64,000 nt of DNA from Nemertoderma westbladi. Taxonomy: Eukaryota > Animalia > Xenacoelomorpha. The notes beneath the pieces are model-generated. The model was not told the origin of the DNA, did not search any database, and was given only the letters and a program-made list of their open reading frames with translations. This document shows positions 8,678 through 19,003 of this stretch, in pieces. Made by a program: the position numbers and the translations under genes. Where the stretch lies: assembly GCA_032718475.1 (NCBI GenBank), contig JAUCBJ010007524.1:62001-126000 (forward strand). Direction: 5' to 3'. Each line of letters begins with the position of its first letter. Positions within the stretch are counted from its first letter, which is position 1.

Positions 8678-9013
8678 GGTGTCACTTATGACACCCTCTT
8701 GAGCCGGCTCTGCGACAGTTAGACCTAACTGATGACCCATTGTGTGTCAGGGCGCTAATCAGTCTGATTAATTAGGATAATCAATTAAACCCTAATTAGG
8801 AGTCATATGACACCTGTTAGGGTTTAATTGTACTAATTAATTGATGACACCTGTCAATTAGGGTCTAATTAGCCTAATTGGGAGGTGTCACCCAGACAGT
8901 CTGGCGCCAATGACACCCAATGACACCCATAGGGTGATAATAGGGTGTCATATGACACCCAATGGGTGTCAGTTAGGTCTAACTGTCGCAGAGCCGCCCA
9001 AGACCCTACTACT
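8678..9013. repeat. Terminal (TIR-like) region with internal fold-back and TGACACC iterons
   Basis: Perfect 28-bp inverted repeat 8705-8732/8969-8996, about ten TGACACC/GGTGTCA motifs, and an end of CTACTACT. Confidence 0.85.
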
Positions 9014-9269
9014 AATACACCAGCAACACAGCAATATAAAATACTAAAATGTTTTTAATTTACGAGTTACATTTGGTTTATTATTTTGGTTAGGGTTAGT
9101 TGTCATCAGGCCTGAACCTTAATTAAAACTGTTATGTAACCCTAACCCTAAGTCATAATAATCTAAGAAATTTTGCGGAATTTCCGACATTATTGCCATT
9201 ATTGCCCCTTATGCCTTAATTAAAAAAATTAATTTTTTTACTAATTTTCTAGATAATTAGTAAAACCAG

Positions 9270-9800
9270 TTACCCCGTCTCTTTCGAGACAACTGGCGGA
9301 ATGGGTGAAGCAACTCGGAATTTCATTAAAGCAATTGGGAATAGGATCGCACAGTCCTCTGGTGACCCACGAGCAACGTCATTCCTTCGCCAACGTCTAG
9401 GAATACTTGTACAGATTGGAAATGCACTCAGTGTATCTGTTTCCATTAAACTCTCCCCTGACACCTGCAATGCTTGATGTCCCTAGCGTTGAATGTAACT
9501 ATGGTAACCCAAGCTTTTTCTGTGGCGAACCCGTTGGATACGAGGAAATCGAGCCACGAATAATATAGAAAGATGATTGTCATTGTATCCATGGTTACTG
9601 AGGGACTACGGACGGTCTCTGCGCCAGTCCAACGCCGTGGTTTCACTACTACACAAATTATTGGATTTCCTACCAATGCTAAGGGAGAACATCTATATAT
9701 AGCCTCGGTATTGTAATTATCAAATTTTAATTCAATAACGTTTAGTCAATGAATAAAGAAATAATTATTTAAAATAAAATAAAATAGTTAAAAAGTAATT
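9270..9800 (+). mobile_element. 5'-truncated CRE-type non-LTR retrotransposon (end of restriction-like endonuclease plus 3' UTR)
   Basis: + strand translates PVSFETTGGMGEATRNFIKAIGNRIAQSSGDPRATSFLRQRLGILVQIGNA, the P..ET.G...QR....Q.GNA C-terminal signature. The 3' limit is approximate. Confidence 0.7.
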
Positions 9801-11173
9801 ACTTATTACAAATATATGTATTTCATAACTACTGTGGCGTCTCACTTTTCTCGAGGTATTTTATTTACCGGTACCGAGCGCCAGCGAAGTTAATAAATAC
9901 GAGTCAAGAGTAGGGTGTATATTGAATAAAAATGTTCTCACTCAAAGTTAAATAATTTGATGTTCTCGAATATTTATTCCGTAACATAACTACATAAAAC
10001 ACAATATAATATTGGATACTGAATTCCGTTTTGGAGTACGCCTTGCTGACACTAGGCCTACAGTACACTCAATTTACAATAGCTGAATAAATTGAGTGCG
10101 TGCATGTATTTTACTCAAATTACGTGCAAACCTTTCCTTCTTCGATGATCTTTCAAAACATGTAATAAAATTTATTTTAAATCCTCCAATCATGCAGTAT
10201 TTCCATATTTTCGCCGGGAAAAAGTAAAATCAATGCATTCTTAAATTACTCATTTGTCTCCCGAATTTATGGTATACTGTATTTGCACGAAAAAGTATAA
10301 CAGTTTAAGAATACTGTAAAATTGTTTGCTTTCTTTAAAAGATATTAATATTAATTTTTTTTTCACAAATTTCAAAATTAATTGCAACACATTGAGGAGC
10401 TACTTAGATACAGTAGATGCCTACAGTAGAATAGGGCAATACGGTGAAAACTTGTCAATTTGTGTAAAACCCAACCACTCGGACAGAATAGTGGATTTCC
10501 GATAATGATTAAAAAAGCGGTGTTTTCGGATTATTTTTATTTGTTATCGAATAATAATAGTCCTTTGGACATATTTGTATACTTTTAATAATTTTCCAAA
10601 TTGTCGTTGCATAACTGATTAAATCAGTATAAATCAAGGACTACTATAGTGTAGTGTAGTATTGTAGTAGTCCTTGGTATAAACATAAACATATAGCATA
10701 CAGTATGACATGATCGTAAAAAACGTGCAGCACTTTGCGCATTTAGCGGTGCAATAGCCATACAGTAGAATCTACTGAGCTAGAGAACCTTGCTTGCGTA
10801 AAGGTTAAATCCGTTTCATTGAATTCACATATTTCCGGAGGTCGTGGGTAATATATAACTTTTACTTTGCTTTATAGAAAATCTACGAGTGATTTGATTT
10901 GTCTTAATTTTTAACATTATTTATAAGAACCTACCGATACAGAGATGTACGGTACTTTCCTAGGACTAGCCTAGTTTTAGGTTTGTAAAATACATGAGAC
11001 TTGAAAGTGAAAATAAAACTACAGTACTACAGTAGGACTAGCCTACCGTAATACAGTAATACTGTACTGTAGTACAGCAGTACAGTAGTAACTGTATTGT
11101 ACAGTACGTACAACAGAACTACTGCATACCGGTACCAGCCTGCCAGCATACTGCACTGCAACACTGCCTGACC

Positions 11174-12670
11174 ATGGCAGGTAGTAACAAGGAATATTCT
11201 ATAGTTGAGTTCTTACCGGAGCGGGGTGGTAGTCGTTGTGGCTACTGTAAGTCGGCAGACACTAACCACTCCCAGGGTATGTGGGCCCATAGACTCAACA
11301 CATCCGACTACCAAAGTCTCATAGACAGGGGCTGGCGACGCAGTGGCAAGTATTGCTACAAACCCTCGATGGAGACAACTTGCTGCCCCTTGTACACAAT
11401 CAGATGCGGTTCAGCCGAGTTCAAACCGTCCAAAAGTCAGAGGAAGTTAGCGAAACGAGTAGCTAACTATTTACTATACGATAATCGCCGTGGTGGTAAA
11501 CAGGCGGGCGAACATAATTATAACACAACAGAATATAGGCCTAAACCGGATAATATTGTCGTAAATGATGTTGTTTTACCGGAAGTTGTACCGACGGATA
11601 GTAGACTACAAACCGGAATTAAACCTGCGTCAGTAAATCTCCAAACCCATCAGCAAGAAGTGCCCTCTAGTTCTAAAGAATCCGCTCCCAGTAAGCCCTG
11701 TACAGAACGTGTTAGAACAGATGATAAGCCGTTCTCCCAAAGGAAAAGAAAAGAACGTAGACGAGAGAAATGTTTCCAAAAACTAAAGGTTCGTTCGGAA
11801 ACAACCGGAGTTCCTTTCGATCAACTTTTATTAGAGAAACAGAGAAAACAAAAAGAGAAAAACCAACCGAAATCCCTTCAACATTTACTCGATTATAAAT
11901 CCCAACTAAAAGTCGGACAAACCCCGAAACACCAGCTGGAACTTAAACTCGTCCGAAGCAGCCCAAAATCTGCGGAATTCCAATCCAGTTTATCTGCTTC
12001 GCACAAACTTCTGCAGAGATACCAGAAGAGCATTCACCATGAACCGGAAAGTAAGTGGGGGATGTCCCATTACCGAAACTTCCTTATTGAGTCCCCTCTC
12101 ATCGCCGTAGAAACAGACTCCGGCCCAGGACTTGGGTCTTTCCATCACCAATACTGGCTGGACGGGAACCTGATAGCCGTGGGAGTTGTGGACCTCCTTC
12201 CCAACAGTTTATCCAGCGTCTATCTCTTCTACGATCCGGACTTCTGGTTTCTATCCCTCGGAACTTACGCAGCCCTGCAGGAGATCCTATTAAGCCAACG
12301 TTTATTGGCTAGCAACCCCGCGATCCGCTGGTACTACATGGGTTTCTACATACACTCGTGTCCTAAAATGCGATACAAGGGCTGTTTCTCTCCCAGTTAC
12401 CTCCTCTGTCCGGAAGCCTACACCTGGCATCCCATTGACCAGTGTTTGCCTCGCCTCGCTATTTCCCGTTACTCCCGGTTCAACCCGACTCAGACTCCCG
12501 TAGAATCTCCCGACGTTAGCGAGCTACTGGTGCTCCACAACCGACAGGCTATGCCCTACTCCTTGTATCGGGCCTTAAACGCTTTTGTATTCGATGAAGA
12601 AGAAGTGGTTTTCTATGCACAACTAATCGGGATATCTTTGATCAAAGAGTTGTTATTGTACCGCGTTTAA
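11174..12670 (+). CDS. ATE1: Arginyl-tRNA--protein transferase 1, single exon
   Basis: N-terminal YSIVEF..CGYCKS..GMWAH..YQSLIDRGWRRSGKYCYKP..TCCPLYTIRC and C-terminal GSFHHQYWLDG.LIAVGVVDLLP..LSSVYLFYDPD..YYMGFYIHSCPKMRYK. Confidence 0.97.
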   Translation: MAGSNKEYSIVEFLPERGGSRCGYCKSADTNHSQGMWAHRLNTSDYQSLIDRGWRRSGKYCYKPSMETTCCPLYTIRCGSAEFKPSKSQRKLAKRVANYLLYDNRRGGKQAGEHNYNTTEYRPKPDNIVVNDVVLPEVVPTDSRLQTGIKPASVNLQTHQQEVPSSSKESAPSKPCTERVRTDDKPFSQRKRKERRREKCFQKLKVRSETTGVPFDQLLLEKQRKQKEKNQPKSLQHLLDYKSQLKVGQTPKHQLELKLVRSSPKSAEFQSSLSASHKLLQRYQKSIHHEPESKWGMSHYRNFLIESPLIAVETDSGPGLGSFHHQYWLDGNLIAVGVVDLLPNSLSSVYLFYDPDFWFLSLGTYAALQEILLSQRLLASNPAIRWYYMGFYIHSCPKMRYKGCFSPSYLLCPEAYTWHPIDQCLPRLAISRYSRFNPTQTPVESPDVSELLVLHNRQAMPYSLYRALNAFVFDEEEVVFYAQLIGISLIKELLLYRV

Positions 12671-15600
12671 TCGTTTTATAACTATTTATTTTATTTAGTT
12701 AATTTAAAATACCTACTCGTACATATTATATTTATTAATTATTTAATTTATGAACAAGGCTGTTTGTTCGCGCTTTCAGACCTTTGGCAGTTTAACCCAC
12801 CAAATTAAGATGTCTTCTAGATATTAAATCTGTTTTTAGTCTATGACAAGTATTTGATTCACTACACTAGTCGAAACCAATCCGTGCGCGACCATTCACC
12901 CGCTGGAGATTCCCGGGAGATTGGGTTCGACGGTTTAATTTTATTGCTATGTAAGCCTAATGTATTATTCGACTGACAGTATTATATAATCTCTGACAAT
13001 ATTATTCACCTTCGGGAATATTAACAGTTCCTTTAGGACGTGGCGCTTTATCTATATAAACAGAGTTATGACTTAAACTACTCACAACGATATGGCTCAA
13101 TTATAATTCACATATATGGCGCATTCTTTAGGAATTGCTTCTTTAACAGACTCACTCATACACAATGCTGCACAATACTGCACACTAATCTGCCAATCTT
13201 CACTGATTTTAGTCACATATAAAAGGAACACAGACTGACTCATGTAGGGTCTATCAAATAACATTAGATTCACTTCAAACCACTTTAACATAAGTCACAA
13301 TCGTTTATCTGTAACCCTTCTCTCTTACCTTCGGTATATCAAGAATATTGGGTTTCGGGGTTATTTATCGTTATTCCAAATATAATTATTCATCAACCAT
13401 ATTATGAAGAACTGACGGTAAATAGCAGTATAAAACAACAATGAAAACACTGATTGTTATGAGTTTGCAATGTTTCAGCAGTCAGCATGTATGATCAGTT
13501 AGCAGTGATTCCATGAGTCAGGTAGGTTAAAGGATATATGCCCTTTATAATTAAACCTACTAGTGTAAGACTAAAAACTAAAACACGGAGGTGCCAAAGC
13601 CGGTTCTTAGGCTCTGGGCAAAAAAATCATAACACTGAACTACTGAGTTTCTGTATATACCTCCAACACAAAGACAACAAACGCTCTGATTGGTCAACCT
13701 GAACAACGAGAGAACAGAGAAACAAAGAAACGTCGACGTGGCAATATCAGCTGCTAGCTGTCGTCATGGTAGCGACACTGTTTTCAAGAGTATCGAGCTT
13801 TTACGTCACGGAATTACGGATTATGTCCTCTAAAGTACAAATACAGAAGAAATAGCTCTTATGTCCGCTAAAACACCAGTACAGCAAGGACACGGCCTTT
13901 TTATGCCTGGTAAACCAACTACAGAGTACTTTACGGGAAAAATAAGGAAAAATAACCGGACAATTCAGTAAAAGCTTTTACACCGCTCCCAGAAAATGGG
14001 ATTTTCAGTCTATAAAATATAAAAATCACAGTTTCTAAAACATAAAGATACTCTAAACAGTTAGTCTTTCTTACGCAGACGGCGTTTACGCAGTTTTTTG
14101 AGGCTAGCAAGAGTCTTTTTCTCTTTGGGGGGAGCCACTTTACTAGGAGGGCCATAACTCCTGGGTGAAGGGTGCAATATGATTGCATCAGAAGGTGTAG
14201 GATTGTGGTCGGGGTATCCGCCGTTTCGATATGCTTCTCCTCGAGCTGATTTTCCTCCGCTCGTAGCTGGATACGTTCATCCAAAAACTCTCGCAGAGAA
14301 TGGGGTTGTCTAAGTGCGATATCTTCTTAGAGATTCTGGATTTCACAATCGAACTGAGATAAAGACAATTCGTTTATCGATTGGACTTACTGTTATAACT
14401 TACGTTTATCTGAACAAACGCAGGTTTCTTTTTTGATCTTTATAGAATAGCGTTTAACTCGTTTCGTACAACGCTCTCCTTCACTTTGATGAAGGGTTGT
14501 ATCGCGTTAAACGGGACGACCATACGGTTGGATAATGATATTAGGTGTCTGCGTCATAATCCAGCTAGGTAAGATGGGCGGCTAGCTAGAAATCACTGTC
14601 GGAGTGTTACCGATTAATTGTTAGGGTAGCACTAGATCTTGAACAGTGAATACCGTCCGCGAGGATCCGCGACACCACCAGGATCGCAGGTCTGAGGTCC
14701 AACTAAGGAATGAGGAGGTTTGACCGAGTATTCCGGGACTCTGATCGTAGGTTTACTCTAGGATCGTTAGAGCCGAGTGAGCATAGGTGATACGTCAAAC
14801 AAGTTTCGCTCGAAACTCCAGTAAATATAACGAACACAACTGTGTTTAACACGACGTTTCCGTGGATGTTTATGTCTTTCCGTTTATTGGCTGGGTCTAG
14901 GACATTTATCGTAATAATACCAAAGACGCACGTCTGGTAGGGGAAACGCGGGTGATATTTATTTGTTGTTACAATGCTTCTATCAAGAATTCCAAATATA
15001 CGTTGGAGTTACCGCGTCCATTTGTTTCTTTAGTGTCTTTTCTTTCGAGTCGATTTCGAATAGAATTTTCGCATTCGAATTTCAGTTTATGGTTCCGACT
15101 CCGCTGGGCAGGATATATAGTCGACATAGTCCGTATTGTGTAAATCGATAGGATGACCAGTAGTTAAGAAGACCACATACGTACCATTACGCTGCGTATA
15201 TCGAGCAGCGAATTTTCTATAGTCCAACTCGCGCGCGAGCTGCTCTTGGGACATTGGCGGTTCGATATAACGACCATCGTCCTCCGCAGCAGTTGGACTA
15301 ACGTCGCCGCGTATTAAGCTATCAACAAACGCTTGCAAAAGTAGAGTATATCGCTCCCCGATACCAAGAACATCTGCTATCAACTCCATCATGTCTGCTA
15401 TATATGAGTTTATCCACATTATAAGGAGTTTATATTCAGGCTAGCGAGCGTCGCTGCCTACTCCAATTAACCCCCGGACAGTACGAGATCCTCAGCGCCG
15501 ATGTGTCGTCGCCGCTGTACTTTCGCCAACGACGTAGCCGCACAACGACAACGACAACCGACACAAGTCACTCGACTGTCCGTCCCAAAGACTTAGATGT

Positions 15601-16214
15601 ACTTCAGGTTTTCCTTGGAGAGTTAGGTTACTTTTACGATTGCGACTAGCTACTGTAAACACACCTTAGCAGTAACATTCACCTATAAACTCACAAATAC
15701 CACACACACAACTTGTCACAAATTACACACATTCGGGCCATTTGTCCGTTAGTCAATGCCTTCCAGAATGTCACTGTATTATTATGTATCCTTGGATACT
15801 AGTAGTGCGCTATTTATTCCCTATGCTATTCAATGGGACAGGCTTTCTATTGTTCGTTAACTCAATTCTAATTCTAGCGTGGTTGTTGCTATGGTGACAT
15901 TATGCAAAGCTAGCGGTAGAATTAGGGTAGTTCCAATGCATACAGATCTGGGATGTTATTTAATAGTAATTCTTTAATAGTCAATGTCCTGTTTATACAT
16001 GACTTTACGAATTTTATAGGCTATTAACTATGTTTGGGAGACTTTCGTACACGCATACGCATAATAATATAAATCTCCGCTCCCTTGATCTATTAATTAA
16101 TGGAATTTTGGGAATGTTATAAATTGCGTAAAATGGCAATTTATTAAATTCATTAAAAGACATGAATTTAAATTTATTCCCTGAAATTTTATTATTTGAT
16201 AATTAAATGGACAT

Positions 16215-16500
16215 ATTTTGATTCTAGAACATGTCTAGGGACACAAGATCCTTAATTCTAAGAAAATTGTCTCTTTAAGAATATCGGTAAATGCTACGAT
16301 ATCTTAATTGACTAGAATTGTTGAAGGATCTGAATTTTACAGATTTTGATTTATTAGATTTGTAAATATTAAATAATTAATATTTGAGATGGGCACCGAT
16401 TTATTCCAGAACTTGTCTGGGGACGTTAACCACTGATTCTAGAATTTGTCTTTCAAGTATATCGGTGGGTGCCGCGATATCTTAATCGACTAGAATGACA
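16215..16500. repeat. Two diverged direct copies (~105 bp, ~180 bp apart), each with an ATATCG/CGATAT hairpin
   Basis: ttctagaacatgtctagggac...atatcggtaaatgctacgatatcttaattgactagaat versus ttccagaacttgtctggggac...atatcggtgggtgccgcgatatcttaatcgactagaat. Confidence 0.7.
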
Positions 16501-17041
16501 GATGGTCAAAGGGTCTAACAGATTTATTTTGCGTTATACGCTACTGTTAAAGGGACATCACGCTACTATATGTATTATTTAATATACGGTATGAGAGCAA
16601 TATCGCACGAAGCAATGTCAGTGTGAAGAGGCAAGTCGTTTCCAAGGTCTACCCAGAGCTTGGTTTAGCCGAGACACGAGGATCTGAACTTTGCATTCCT
16701 AATACTCTGCCTACCAATAATACTTAAATATAGTAGTGGCTTTATTGTACTTTAATAAGTACGGACATTTCATCTTACTGTAGTTACGTATTTATAATAG
16801 AATACGAGCAGTAAGGAAAGAGAAAAATAATTATTTCTCGCCGTCGCACTAAATATAATATAAGTAATTACGTACGTTATAAACACGAATATATTGCACT
16901 ATTCTACAAAATAATCGCTAAATAATATTCTACTAAATTAAATAAAACGATTATAATAAAATTACATAGTAATACATACATAAATATAAAAATAATAATA
17001 TAATATAAAATAATAGAGTCACACACCCACTCCATATGTTG

Positions 17042-19003
17042 TTACGTTATGGAGTCCCTAGATGTTTGAAGGATTAGGGAGGTGGTCGTGGGAAGAGAAT
17101 CTTGCCTTCCACAGTTTCCGGAGAGTCCTCCATTCCCTTCCGATAAACACAAACGACCGACTGGGTGATTGAGTCGCTGCATCCTGAATACAATTCCAGG
17201 TTTCCTCTTCGTCCTGGAATAGTGACGATAGAAACATCGCTCAAAGTATATGACGGCGTCACAAAGCCGATTCCAGAAGCTATAGTGGTCCGTCGCTCTC
17301 TGCAGGAGAGGTGAGAGTCCCTGCGAGACGTCTGATGTTCCAGAGCTCCAATCGCTCTCTCTGATCTTCATGAAGGATCCACTCGCGGAGGGGAGGCCCA
17401 GATCCACGGCGTCGTCCCTGGCAACATGTAATACCGACAGATCTATCCCGGGTTCAAATAACTCCGCTCCACCCGCCCGGGTTTTAGGTTTAACTTTCTC
17501 CGCTCCCTTGGCTGGTCTAATCTCAGTCGGAGTAAGATGGGGAGGCCATTCATCCTCCTTACTCAGGAAGTCGGGTTCACCTAACCGGTCTGTAGTATCT
17601 GTCAGTTCTTGAGGAGTTACTCCTCTGGAAGCGATGTCCGTTGGATTAAACTTCTTGGGACAATATCTCCATTGATCTAAATTGGAGCTAATATCGTCAT
17701 TATCTGAGGAGTATGGTGTTCCCTCAGTTGGGTCGTCTCCCTCACTAGTATCATCTTCCCATTCACTCATCTGGCAGACGCGATCTTGAAGCAGTCTTTC
17801 CCTGAGCGTTCTACCGGAAGGTCCAGTAAGGTACCAACCTACTCTAGTTCTTACCGCATAGGTCTGTAGTGGCTGCGGTTGAGCAGGTCGTTTCTCTAAT
17901 GTCTCCAGCGCCTCATGCGCGTTTTGGCCGATGAGTATTTGCACTCCAGGATAATCAGTCTGGAATCGAGGTATGTTAAGATGTTGGATGCTCTCATCCT
18001 CGTCCCAATTATAAAGGTCTGCTTGAGTAGTAGCGAAGTTCTTTATAGCCACCATTTTCACTGACCTGATACTGTATTCTCCTAGTTTATCCTGTGGAGT
18101 GGACAACTCACCTATATAATAGTCGGCAGCTACAGTAGAATTCCAAACCTGCATGATCCCTGACATGTTTAGCTTGGTTCGGAACTTGGGTTGTCCAGCA
18201 AAGATGACTTCGGCTAGTTCCCTATCGATGAATGTTCCTGTGCTACCGGAGTCCAGGAGGGCGTTCACTATATAGCTCTTCTGAGGTCCGTGGACCCGTA
18301 ACTGGACTACAGGAAATTCTCGGATTCCTATGTTGGAAGTTGGCGCTTTCCAAGATGGTTGTTGATCGGAAGTAGTTAAGGTAAGGTCGCTGTCTGTGTC
18401 TTTCTCATACACGAGTGCTCGATACACTGCGGTGGTGTTTATTAGGTAACAGGATTCGTTTTGGTCGGAGAACTCGTCCGTATAGAATCCTTCCATCTCA
18501 GATTGATCAGTGTCGTTCACATCACTGAATTGGACATGTATTTCGGACTCACTTACCTGACTCGGGCTGTTTCGTTCGAATTCCGTGTGCAACAAGATAT
18601 GATGTTTTGCGCCGCACTTTGCACACCTTGCGTCGGAGTTACAGGTTCGCCGTTGGTGTCCTCGTCTGAGGCAATTATAACACAACCGCTTATCCCACAT
18701 GACTTCACGTCTATCCTCGAGTGATTTCCTCAGGAATTTATCACACGCATTTAAACGGTGGGGCCCGTCGCACAGCACACATTTGGGCTTGATGTTACTT
18801 ACTTTAACATGTGCTGTGTGGTGCACACTTGTTCTTTCCTCGGGCTTTCTCACCTGAATTCTTTTAGGAGACGTAGGAGGGGTTTTTTGTACCGGTTCCC
18901 TTCTGTCATTGGGTCGAGACTTGGATTTACTTACCTGATCTTTAGGCATTTTATTGACATAAGATATGTCAGTGTCTTTCCCGCTGTCCTCTCCTTGAGA
19001 AGT
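17042..19003 (-). CDS. BEL/Pao Gag zinc knuckles, aspartic protease and end of RNase H; RT and integrase missing
   Basis: CVLCDGPH..C, CYNCLRRGH....C and CAKCGAKHHILLH; protease ALLDSGS; AVRTRVGWYLTG is followed shortly by QWRYCPKKFNPTDIASRG. Confidence 0.88.
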   Translation of the reverse strand, partial: TSQGEDSGKDTDISYVNKMPKDQVSKSKSRPNDRREPVQKTPPTSPKRIQVRKPEERTSVHHTAHVKVSNIKPKCVLCDGPHRLNACDKFLRKSLEDRREVMWDKRLCYNCLRRGHQRRTCNSDARCAKCGAKHHILLHTEFERNSPSQVSESEIHVQFSDVNDTDQSEMEGFYTDEFSDQNESCYLINTTAVYRALVYEKDTDSDLTLTTSDQQPSWKAPTSNIGIREFPVVQLRVHGPQKSYIVNALLDSGSTGTFIDRELAEVIFAGQPKFRTKLNMSGIMQVWNSTVAADYYIGELSTPQDKLGEYSIRSVKMVAIKNFATTQADLYNWDEDESIQHLNIPRFQTDYPGVQILIGQNAHEALETLEKRPAQPQPLQTYAVRTRVGWYLTGPSGRTLRERLLQDRVCQMSEWEDDTSEGDDPTEGTPYSSDNDDISSNLDQWRYCPKKFNPTDIASRGVTPQELTDTTDRLGEPDFLSKEDEWPPHLTPTEIRPAKGAEKVKPKTRAGGAELFEPGIDLSVLHVARDDAVDLGLPSASGSFMKIRESDWSSGTSDVSQGLSPLLQRATDHYSFWNRLCDAVIYFERCFYRHYSRTKRKPGIVFRMQRLNHPVGRLCLSEGNGGLSGNCGRQDSLPTTTSLILQTSRDSIT

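Larger units (their letters stand above)
1..9013 (+). mobile_element. Right-hand part of a Polinton/Maverick-like (adintovirus-like) endogenous DNA element
   Basis: Protein-primed-type PolB at the window start. A structured terminal region ends in CCCTACTACT (9004-9013; reads AGTAGTAGGG on the other strand, the typical Polinton 5'-AGTAGT end). Left end, integrase and capsid genes are not in the window. Confidence 0.75.

Noticed and set aside
9088-9151. Telomeric TTAGGG/CCCTAA repeats
   Set aside because: Only about two copies each; too short to call a telomere or a targeting site.
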